From an uncultured Gammaproteobacteria bacterium (GTDB taxonomy: Bacteria; Patescibacteriota; Patescibacteriia; Magasanikbacterales; UBA922), in the NCBI GenBank assembly GCA_965231005.1, contig OZ246405.1, forward strand, positions 610,709-674,708: a stretch of 64,000 bases of DNA. Reading direction: 5' to 3'. Of the stretch, positions 23,825 through 31,365 are shown piece after piece (the first letter of the stretch is position 1; every line of letters starts with the position of its first letter). The translations under genes were made by a program, and so were the position numbers. Under the pieces are notes generated by a model, which worked only from the letters and a program-made list of their open reading frames with translations, was not told the origin of the DNA and made no database searches.

Positions 23825-24724
23825 ATGAACATCCGTCTCGTTTCGTTCATGATCGTCGCATCGGTGACGGTCGGTTTCATTTCCATCAACTCATTCGCGC
23901 AGGCACCGGCCGACTACCCAGCCGTTCGCGACGATGCGCACAAGGGTGCTTCGCTCGCCGAGTCCAACGCCAAGCGCCTGACCGCCCTGGAGAAGCGGAT
24001 CAAGCGGCTCAAGCGCGCCAAGGCTGCGGCCAAGGCCAAGCACACGGCCAACCCGACCCCCGCCAACAACGTCGCTCTGAAGGCCGCGGTCCGCGCGCTC
24101 GACGAGGCCAAGAAGGCAGGTCTGTCCATGTGCGCCCTGAAGACTGGCGAGGATTTCCGGCACTGCATCGACGTCGTGGAAGGCAAGGTGTTCGAGGTGG
24201 AGAAGGACTCCATCCGGATGGCCGCGCTGCTCGCAGTCGGCTGCATCGTGAAGGAGAACAAGTCCACAGATCCTTCCAAGGGTTCGAAAAAGGGCGCATC
24301 CATCACGACCACCGAGCTCGTCTGCGACAAGGACAAGGCCAAGAAGGCGCCGCGCTGCATCCGGTTCAAGCGCTTCAGCAAGCACGCGCACACCTACTTC
24401 GACGTCGGCGGTGACAACTGCAAGGAAGAAGACAGCAACCCGCTGCCCAAGAAGCCGGCGACTCCGCCCAAGCCCAAGGCCGAACCGTGGTCCAAGGGCA
24501 AGCGTTTGCTGGCCAGCGCTGGCATGTGCCTGCTGGCCGGTGGTGTGCTCGCTGTTCCTGGTTACGTCATCGGCGACGCCATCGAGGGCGGTCACTGGGA
24601 GACCAATCCGGAGACCGGCAACGACGACTGGTATGCGCCCAAGGGTCCGCTCGGTGCTGGCATCGGCGGTCTGACCGGCTGCCTCAGCGCGTTCGCGGGC
24701 ACATGGAGTGCGACGAGCGAGTAG
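23825..24724 (+). CDS. G+C-rich secreted/membrane protein, function unknown
   Basis: ATG is preceded by AGGAGG. Signal peptide MNIRLVSFMIVASVTVGFISINSFAQA. Lys/Ala-rich helix. Several Cys residues. C-terminal hydrophobic Gly-rich segments (LLASAGMCLLAGGVLAVPGYVIG; GAGIGGLTGCLSAFAG). Confidence 0.68.
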   Translation: MNIRLVSFMIVASVTVGFISINSFAQAPADYPAVRDDAHKGASLAESNAKRLTALEKRIKRLKRAKAAAKAKHTANPTPANNVALKAAVRALDEAKKAGLSMCALKTGEDFRHCIDVVEGKVFEVEKDSIRMAALLAVGCIVKENKSTDPSKGSKKGASITTTELVCDKDKAKKAPRCIRFKRFSKHAHTYFDVGGDNCKEEDSNPLPKKPATPPKPKAEPWSKGKRLLASAGMCLLAGGVLAVPGYVIGDAIEGGHWETNPETGNDDWYAPKGPLGAGIGGLTGCLSAFAGTWSATSE

Positions 24725-24748
24725 CCTTTCTTCAACTGCTGAATCTGT

Positions 24749-24826
24749 CGGGGGTTGGTAGCATGTTCATTCATGTCTGTCAACCCCCGTCGGAATATCT
24801 TTCTCTTTGTAAAAAGGGAGAGATGA
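24749..24826 (+). terminator. 3' cassette module: G+C-rich hairpin followed by a CT/AG hairpin
   Basis: CGGGGGTTG (24749-24757) pairs with CAACCCCCG (24781-24789). ATCTTTCTCTTTGTAAAAAGGGAGAGAT spans about 24797-24826. Confidence 0.5.
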
Positions 24827-24884
24827 ACGATTATTGTTCATTACAATTGAGAAACTACTACAGAAACATCTTGAATACCTTTTG

Positions 24885-25027
24885 TGTTCGATCGGTAAAC
24901 AAGTACATAACATTTGTGTACTGCTTTACCGGTCGGACATTTCCACATCGCCTTTTTGACCGGGGGCACAGTTAATCCGTGGCGTGTTGCCGCGGACCAA
25001 ATTGACTGCGCCTGAGAAATTGGGCGA
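24885..25027 (+). promoter_or_regulatory. conserved structured 5' leader element, copy 2 (143 nt)
   Basis: Homologous to 21944-22086. The stem substitution A to G keeps pairing as G-U. One hairpin is replaced by CCGTGGC-GTGTT-GCCGCGG. It lies 44 nt upstream of the ATG at 25072. Confidence 0.6.
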
Positions 25028-25071
25028 TTGTGGAATGATTCGGGCGAGACCCGAGAAAAGAGAGGTAACTC

Positions 25072-28000
25072 ATGAACAGCAAGCTCAACACGATTTCCGT
25101 TTGTTTCGTGGCGCTGATGATCGTTTTCGGGTGCAGCCCGGACGCGAGCTACAAGCCCAACGACCCCAAGAACCCCAACCCGGCCCGCAAGGCCGATGCC
25201 AACAACAGCGACACCAGCAGCGCGGATGCGGGTTCGAGCGCGGATACCGGTCAGCCGACCGATCCGTGCGCCGATCCCAAGTTCTGCAACGATGGCAAGG
25301 TCTGCACGGCCGACACCTGCAAGGACGGCAAGTGCAAGCACACCATCGACGCGACGCTCTGTGATGACGGCAACCCCTGCACACATGACCTGTGTGACGA
25401 CCTGGGGATCTGTGTGAACAAGGCTCACGAAGGTTCGTGCCAGGACGGGAATGCCTGTACTGTGGGTGATCATTGCAAGAATGGCACCTGCCAGTCGGGA
25501 AAGAACATGCCCTGTCCCAACGAGAACTCGTGTGTCATCGCAACCTGCAACCCGAAAGAAGGCAAGTGCAACTACGAGCCCAAGAGCGGTGACTGCAACG
25601 ACGGCAACAAGTGCACGGTTGGCGATTTCTGCATCAACCAGAAGTGCAAGAGCGGTTTCAAGAAGTTGGACTGTGATGACAAGAACGTGTGCACGACTGA
25701 CAGCTGCAATCCAGAAGACGGTTGTGTTCACAAGCCGATCGACCTTCCCTGCAGCGACAACAGCTCGTGTACCATCTCGGATAAGTGCAAGGACGGAAAA
25801 TGCGTGGGCCAGGTTGTCAACTGCGACGACAAGAACCCGTGCACGACCGACTCGTGCGATCCGGCGGCGCCCCCGGGCAAGGCATGCAAGCACGTGAACA
25901 ACACCAGCGAGTGCGACGACGGCAACAAGTGCACGTCCGGCGACGTTTGCCAGGATGGTCAGTGTAAGAAGGGAACCACGTCGGTCGATTGCGACGACGG
26001 GAACCCGTGCACTACCAATTCCTGCGACGCCAAGGTCGGCTGCCAGAAGCTCAACAACAACAACTCGTGCGACGACGGCAACAACTGCACCATCAATGAC
26101 AAGTGCTTTAACGGCAAGTGCAACTCCACTACCAAGAAGTGTGGCGACAGCAACAAGTGCGTCACCAACACGTGCGACCAGGCAACTGGCGCGTGTGTGA
26201 AAAAGGAGCTGTGCGACGACGGCAAGGCCTGCACCGAAAACACGTGCGACATCAACACCGGCAAGTGCGAAAACCCTGACAAGAAGTGCGACGACGGCAA
26301 GGCCTGCACCAAGGATAGCTGCAACACCACCACGGGCAAGTGCGAGTACGAGATGATCGTTGGTGCGAACTGCTTCTGCAAGTTCGACTCCAACTGTGAC
26401 GACGGAAACGAGTGCACTGTCAGCGCATGCGATAAGGCGACTGGCAAATGCGCGCTCGCGAAGAAGTACAGCGGGACCTCGTGTGACGACGGGAACCCGT
26501 GCACCACCTCGGACAAGTGCGACCCCAAGACCGGCAAGTGCTCGTCGGCAAAGGCCACGGCCTGCGACGACGGGAACCCCTGCACGGACGACTCCTGCGA
26601 CCCCACGGTCGTTGGCGGTTGTGTGGCGGTGAAGAACAACAAGCTGTGTGACGACGGTGACGCGTGCACCAAGGGTGATATCTGCCTGGACGGCGCGTGT
26701 AACCCCGGCAAGGCCCCGGTCTGCGACGACGGCAACATCTGCACGGATGACAGCTGTGACTCGAAGCTCGGATGCAAGAACACGGCCAACTCGGCCAGCT
26801 GCTCGGATGGGAGCGCCTGCACCTCAAACGACAAGTGCGAGGGCGGGAGCTGCAAGAGCGTTGCGGTGAAATGCGACGACTCCAACCCCTGTACCGACGA
26901 TAGCTGCGACGCGAAGGTCGGCTGCAAGTACGCCAAGAACACCAAGCCGTGTAACGACGGTGACGAGTGTACCATCAGCGAGGTGTGCAAAGACGGCAAG
27001 TGTGGTTCTGGCAAGGCCAAGTCGTGCGACGACAACAAGAAGTGTACCATCGACTCGTGCGACAAGGACAAGGGCTGCCAGCACAAGCAGATTTCCTCGG
27101 CGACCTGCTGCGCTTCGGACGCTGAGTGCGACGATAAAAAGCCGTGCACGGTGGACAAGTGCGATCCGAAGGAAGGTTGCAAGAACACCAAGAAGCTCTG
27201 CTCGGACAACAACCAGTGCACCGACGACGTGTGTGATCCCCAGTCTGGAGATTGCAAGCACACGAAGTTCAGTGGACCGGCCTGCGACGACGGCAACAGT
27301 TGTACCAAATCCGAGAAGTGCGAAAAGGGCAAGTGCGAAGCTGGCTTTACCATCAAGTGCAACGACAACAAACCCTGCACCAAGGATACGTGCGACACCA
27401 AGGGCGGATGCGTCTTCACCAAGACCGTGGATCCCTGCGACGACGGGGACGCGTGTACGAATGGAGACAAGTGCGCCAATGGCGAGTGCGTGTCTGGCAA
27501 GCAGATCGTCTGCGACGACAACAAGGTCTGCACGACCGACAGCTGTGACTCCAAGAAGGGGTGCGTGTTCGCGAACAATTCGGATGCCTGTACGGACGGA
27601 AACGCCTGTACACCGAATGACGTCTGCAAGGACGGCAAGTGCTCGTCGCAGCCTGAGAACTGTGACGACGCGAACGCGTGTACCAACGACAGTTGTGACA
27701 AGAGCAAGGGCTGCAAGCACATCAACAACACCAAGGTCTGCAACGACGGCAACAAGTGTACGGACAACGGAGTCTGCAGTGGCGGCGCCTGCAAGCCGGG
27801 CAAAGCCATCAACTGCGACGACGGCAAGAAGTGCACGACGGATAGCTGTGACCCGACCACGGGCAAGTGCAAGAACGTGGCGCTGGTGTGCGATGACGAC
27901 GCCTGTACGGATGGCGATGGCAAGTGTGACGAGAGCACGGGCAAGTGTGCAGTGGGTCTTCCCAAGAACTGCACTGACACCGACGTGTGTACCAAGAATT

Positions 28001-28593
28001 TCTGCTCGGAAGGAACCTGCAAGGTCTCTCCGAACTGCGATGACGGGAACGCATGCACGGCTGATAGCTGTGACCCAAAGAAGCCCGAGAAGGATCAGTG
28101 TTCGCACGTCCCGATCTCGGGTTGCAAGTCGGTCGAGGTCAAGCTCTCCGTGGTTTTTTCTGAGATGTTCAAGATGGAAGCCGCACCCAAGGGTGGCAAC
28201 TACGTCCGGTTCTTCGTCAAGAAGTGCGAGGCCAAGGCTGCTGACGGCTCGTCCGTCATGTTGCTCAAGCCTGGCTCCTTCTACGGAGGCGCTGAGATCA
28301 AGAACAGCTCGAAGCTCGAGTACACCAATCCTGCAAAGGTCCAGGACTTCGTGCAGATCCCGAAGAATGCCTGCTGCATCAACATCGTAGGGTACCAAAG
28401 CAGTAAGATCTCCAATCCTTACGGGGACTCGAAGATCTGGGCTTTCAGTACGACTCCCAATACCAAGACCCACAACATGGAGCCGGTCCTCACGACCAGC
28501 AATGGACTGACGTACAAGTTCACGTTGAAAGACGTCCATGACAACGGTGTGGGGGGATACGACGCGTGCAACAGCGAAGTCATCTCCAAGTAG
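25072..28593 (+). CDS. G+C-rich giant Cys-rich repeat lipoprotein (CDDGNxCTxDxC-type repeats, roughly forty copies) with a distinct C-terminal domain
   Basis: The N-terminus MNSKLNTISVCFVALMIVFGC is a probable lipoprotein signal. From about aa 66 to 985 there are ~24-aa units in two alternating flavours: CDDxNxCTxDxCDxxxGCxH and CxDGNxCTxxDxCxxGxC. The last ~180 aa are non-repetitive. Confidence 0.85.
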   Translation: MNSKLNTISVCFVALMIVFGCSPDASYKPNDPKNPNPARKADANNSDTSSADAGSSADTGQPTDPCADPKFCNDGKVCTADTCKDGKCKHTIDATLCDDGNPCTHDLCDDLGICVNKAHEGSCQDGNACTVGDHCKNGTCQSGKNMPCPNENSCVIATCNPKEGKCNYEPKSGDCNDGNKCTVGDFCINQKCKSGFKKLDCDDKNVCTTDSCNPEDGCVHKPIDLPCSDNSSCTISDKCKDGKCVGQVVNCDDKNPCTTDSCDPAAPPGKACKHVNNTSECDDGNKCTSGDVCQDGQCKKGTTSVDCDDGNPCTTNSCDAKVGCQKLNNNNSCDDGNNCTINDKCFNGKCNSTTKKCGDSNKCVTNTCDQATGACVKKELCDDGKACTENTCDINTGKCENPDKKCDDGKACTKDSCNTTTGKCEYEMIVGANCFCKFDSNCDDGNECTVSACDKATGKCALAKKYSGTSCDDGNPCTTSDKCDPKTGKCSSAKATACDDGNPCTDDSCDPTVVGGCVAVKNNKLCDDGDACTKGDICLDGACNPGKAPVCDDGNICTDDSCDSKLGCKNTANSASCSDGSACTSNDKCEGGSCKSVAVKCDDSNPCTDDSCDAKVGCKYAKNTKPCNDGDECTISEVCKDGKCGSGKAKSCDDNKKCTIDSCDKDKGCQHKQISSATCCASDAECDDKKPCTVDKCDPKEGCKNTKKLCSDNNQCTDDVCDPQSGDCKHTKFSGPACDDGNSCTKSEKCEKGKCEAGFTIKCNDNKPCTKDTCDTKGGCVFTKTVDPCDDGDACTNGDKCANGECVSGKQIVCDDNKVCTTDSCDSKKGCVFANNSDACTDGNACTPNDVCKDGKCSSQPENCDDANACTNDSCDKSKGCKHINNTKVCNDGNKCTDNGVCSGGACKPGKAINCDDGKKCTTDSCDPTTGKCKNVALVCDDDACTDGDGKCDESTGKCAVGLPKNCTDTDVCTKNFCSEGTCKVSPNCDDGNACTADSCDPKKPEKDQCSHVPISGCKSVEVKLSVVFSEMFKMEAAPKGGNYVRFFVKKCEAKAADGSSVMLLKPGSFYGGAEIKNSSKLEYTNPAKVQDFVQIPKNACCINIVGYQSSKISNPYGDSKIWAFSTTPNTKTHNMEPVLTTSNGLTYKFTLKDVHDNGVGGYDACNSEVISK

Positions 28594-28640
28594 TTCTCAA
28601 GAAAATGATCACTCCCTCCTGCGCAATGTGATCTGCCGTG

Positions 28641-28712
28641 GACGGGCTCGAGCCTGAAACTCGAGTCCGTCCCGGCCGCGCAACTCCGAATATGATTCAC
28701 GTCTATTCGGAG
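28641..28712 (+). terminator. two G+C-rich hairpins closing the island
   Basis: GACGGGCTCGAG-CCTGAAA-CTCGAGTCCGTC spans 28641-28671. CTCCGAATA-...-TATTCGGAG spans 28684-28712. Confidence 0.45.
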
Positions 28713-28774
28713 CTCCCCAAGGTTCATTTTTCCTCAGAAAAGTGGACACTTGTAAGAGTTAAACATAGGTACAG

Positions 28775-28802
28775 GAAACAAGATATATATCTTGTTTTTT
28801 GT
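28775..28802 (+). terminator. rho-independent terminator (host style)
   Basis: AAACAAGATATATATCTTGTTTTTTG: an AT-rich perfect stem followed by a T-run. Confidence 0.7.
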
Positions 28803-28831
28803 TTGAATAATAGTGTTTTTTCAAGTATACT
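28803..28831 (+). promoter_or_regulatory. sigma70-type promoter (TTGAAT-N17-TATACT), probably giving a leaderless or near-leaderless mRNA
   Basis: The -35 is at 28803-28808 and the -10 at 28826-28831. The ATG at 28838 lies only 7 nt after the -10 box. Confidence 0.55.
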
Positions 28832-28837
28832 GTGAAT

Positions 28838-30271
28838 ATGAAATCGCCAAATTTCTTATCTTATTTTTCACACAACCAGCTTAAAAAAACACATGTACTT
28901 GGTGTCTCTTTTATTATTATAATAATGACAGCCGCCCTTTTACTATTTTGGGATATATATCCTCTAGCAATTATATTCCTCATAGGATTAGTAGGAATAT
29001 CCACATTTGCTCTAAAACCAGAGTGGGGATTGTACAGTGTTCTCTTTCTTGGACTATTTCATGGATGGGTCATAGATTTTTCTACATATCAGAGCGTCAA
29101 ACATATTCCATATCTTCCTCAGATCAATGCTCCTTTGGTTGATTTCTTTGCGATTGTTTTATTCATTGGAGTTTTTCTTTTATATTTATTTCAATTTCAA
29201 AAATTAGCTATTTTGAAACGTCTAAGACACATCAAAACAGGAATAGTTATATATATTCTTTTTCTTATCACAGCACTTGCAGCTGTTTTTTTTGCATTTA
29301 ATAATTTTTTTACACCAAGTATAAAATATTTTATGCGACCGCTGGTGTTTGTGTTTGTTTTGTATTGGCTCTTGCCAATTATTCTTATTAGAACAAAAAA
29401 ACAATTTTCATCTGTAATGAAACTATGGTTCTGGACTGGTATTGGCATTGCAATATTTGGTTTGATATCTTTATTTGTTCTTGGGCAAACAGGATGGATT
29501 CGTGTTGTTCCATTTGGCATAAAAGGGTTTGCCCCACTTGGATACAATCATAATCAACTTGCAGAAGTATTAATTTCTTTATTTCCTGCTGGACTATTTC
29601 TTTTCTTACGAAGTTTTTCAAAAGAAGAAAAAAGATTGTATGGTTTTGGAACATTTTTTATTATTATCATTGCACTCCTAACACTTTCTCGGGCTGCTTG
29701 GGCTGCAGTACTTGTACAAGTAGGCTTTCTCTTTTGGTTTTTCCGTTCAGCAGTGCGTCCATTCATGTATAAATTTCAAAAGATAACCACGCTATTATTG
29801 ATAGCAATTATTCCAGCTATTCTTTACATGAGTGTTTTTCTTGGATCGTCCATTGTAAAAAGTTCAACAAATGCCCGAGTGGAAGCAACAAAAATCGCAT
29901 TATTTTATACTGTTCGTTCTCCAGTCGTTGGATATGGTCCTGGTATGTTTGGCTATGTTATGGATGACACGTTTTTGTACACGCTCGAATTTGGAGAGTC
30001 GCTTGATGCACATGGGTTTATTCAAAAAGTCATGTTAGAAGAAGGATTTCTTGGCTTGCTGTTCTTTGTTGGTTTTTTGGGTTGGATATTGTGGTATATA
30101 TATCAGGCAAGAGAACATGGCATGCAAAGAGATCTTGTTGAGGTATTATTTGTCATGGCAATAGGAGCAATTATTTTTCAACTATTTAATACGTCCTATT
30201 TTAATTCTGTAATGTGGTTGCCACTTGGGGTGGCCACTGCTGGAACGCTTCTTTTAAAAAATGATTCCTAG
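28838..30271 (+). CDS. O-antigen ligase/polymerase (Wzy_C) family membrane protein
   Basis: About 10-12 TM helices. It carries a Wzy_C-type loop motif (ALLTLSRAAWAAVLVQ). Confidence 0.75.
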   Translation: MKSPNFLSYFSHNQLKKTHVLGVSFIIIIMTAALLLFWDIYPLAIIFLIGLVGISTFALKPEWGLYSVLFLGLFHGWVIDFSTYQSVKHIPYLPQINAPLVDFFAIVLFIGVFLLYLFQFQKLAILKRLRHIKTGIVIYILFLITALAAVFFAFNNFFTPSIKYFMRPLVFVFVLYWLLPIILIRTKKQFSSVMKLWFWTGIGIAIFGLISLFVLGQTGWIRVVPFGIKGFAPLGYNHNQLAEVLISLFPAGLFLFLRSFSKEEKRLYGFGTFFIIIIALLTLSRAAWAAVLVQVGFLFWFFRSAVRPFMYKFQKITTLLLIAIIPAILYMSVFLGSSIVKSSTNARVEATKIALFYTVRSPVVGYGPGMFGYVMDDTFLYTLEFGESLDAHGFIQKVMLEEGFLGLLFFVGFLGWILWYIYQAREHGMQRDLVEVLFVMAIGAIIFQLFNTSYFNSVMWLPLGVATAGTLLLKNDS

Positions 30272-30281
30272 GTCTGTCATC

Positions 30282-31364
30282 ATGTCTTTAGAAAAAAAAA
30301 TACATATTGTACATATTATTCCGACACTAGATTTTGGTGGTGCTGAGCGTTTTGTCATTGATTTAGTAAATAATCTTGATTCAAAATTATTTCGATCAAC
30401 AATTATATTATTTTCAAAACATGCACCACTCCGTTCTTCTATTACAAACAAAGATGTTGATGTCCGCATTATTGAAAAAAAAGGAACACTTAGCTTTCAT
30501 CTCTTTTCTGATATAAAACAAGAATTGCAAACGTTAAAACCGGACGTTGTTCATACAAATTTATTTGGTGGAGATGTTTGGGGACGAATCGCAGCACAAA
30601 GAATGAATATTCCGATTGTGACGACTGAACATAATATCAATGTGGGTGAAGGCATGATAAAACATAAAGTGAAAAAAATGTTAAGGACATATAGCAATAT
30701 ATATACTTGTCCGTCAAAGGCAGTAAAAACATATATGCAATCAGCATACGCGATTAACAAACATATTCATGTTATTCGATATGGAATTGAATTAAAAACA
30801 TTTACATCACTTTCTTTGCCAAGGTTTCATAAACCCTTTCGTCTTCTCATTATCGGAAGGCTTGTGGAGCAAAAAGGACATATTACTGCACTACATGCAT
30901 TGTCTCAATTAAAACAGTACGACTGGACACTAGATATTGTAGGAGATGGTGAAAGTCGCCAATCAATCAAGCGAATGGTTACAGCATTAGAACTACAAGA
31001 TCGTGTAACCATGTATCCAGCAACGAGTAATACAGCCAAGGTTTACAGCAAATCTGATGTTGTCCTTGTTCCTTCTCACTGGGAAGGACTTGGAATTGTT
31101 GTTATGGAAGCAATGGCTGCTGGTCGTCTGGTTGTGGGGACAAAGACTGGTGGTATTCCTGAGATGATAGATCATAAGAAAAATGGAGTATTGGTAGATC
31201 CAAAAAGTGCACAGTCGTTGGTAAAAGGATTAGCATGGTGTTTTGATCATATAAAAGCGTGTGCGGTTCTTGCAAAAGTAGCGCGGGGAAAAGCAACACA
31301 TGAATTTGGTGTAGACGAAATGACAGTGGCGTATGAGAAAATATATACTTCTTTGGTGACGTAA
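30282..31364 (+). CDS. glycosyltransferase family 4
   Basis: N-terminus IHIVHIIPTLDFGGAERFVIDLV. C-terminal GT1/GT4 motif SHWEGLGIVVMEAMAAGRLVVGTKTGGIPEMI. Start at 30282 or 30261. Confidence 0.85.
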   Translation: MSLEKKIHIVHIIPTLDFGGAERFVIDLVNNLDSKLFRSTIILFSKHAPLRSSITNKDVDVRIIEKKGTLSFHLFSDIKQELQTLKPDVVHTNLFGGDVWGRIAAQRMNIPIVTTEHNINVGEGMIKHKVKKMLRTYSNIYTCPSKAVKTYMQSAYAINKHIHVIRYGIELKTFTSLSLPRFHKPFRLLIIGRLVEQKGHITALHALSQLKQYDWTLDIVGDGESRQSIKRMVTALELQDRVTMYPATSNTAKVYSKSDVVLVPSHWEGLGIVVMEAMAAGRLVVGTKTGGIPEMIDHKKNGVLVDPKSAQSLVKGLAWCFDHIKACAVLAKVARGKATHEFGVDEMTVAYEKIYTSLVT

Positions 31365-31365
31365 T

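Noticed and set aside
19900-28539. Many long ORFs on the opposite strand and in alternative frames inside the G+C-rich island. Examples are 20383-21630, 22164-23339, 23891-24595, 24841-25893, 25959-28058 and 26824-28539.
   Set aside because: Open frames on all six phases are the expected artefact of stop-poor, high-GC coding DNA. Their products are Arg/Ser/Leu/Gly-rich nonsense-like sequences without start context. The chosen plus-strand frames have SD plus ATG, signal peptides or TM anchors, and coherent repeats.
17792-28593. A diversity-generating retroelement or another hypermutation system as the explanation for the repeats in the island.
   Set aside because: There is no reverse transcriptase gene. 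No template/variable repeat pair with adenine-specific differences was found. The repeats seen are in-frame protein repeats or exact duplications.
17300-28900. A chimeric assembly (contig mis-join with a high-GC organism) as the explanation for the island.
   Set aside because: AT-rich spacers interleave with the G+C-rich ORFs four times. They carry host-type promoter and terminator styles and motifs shared with native regions, such as the 34-nt promoter module, the GGCTTAAATAAG box and the TTTTCGCTTTTTTGC module. A simple mis-join would give one block with high-GC intergenic DNA. This still needs read-level verification.
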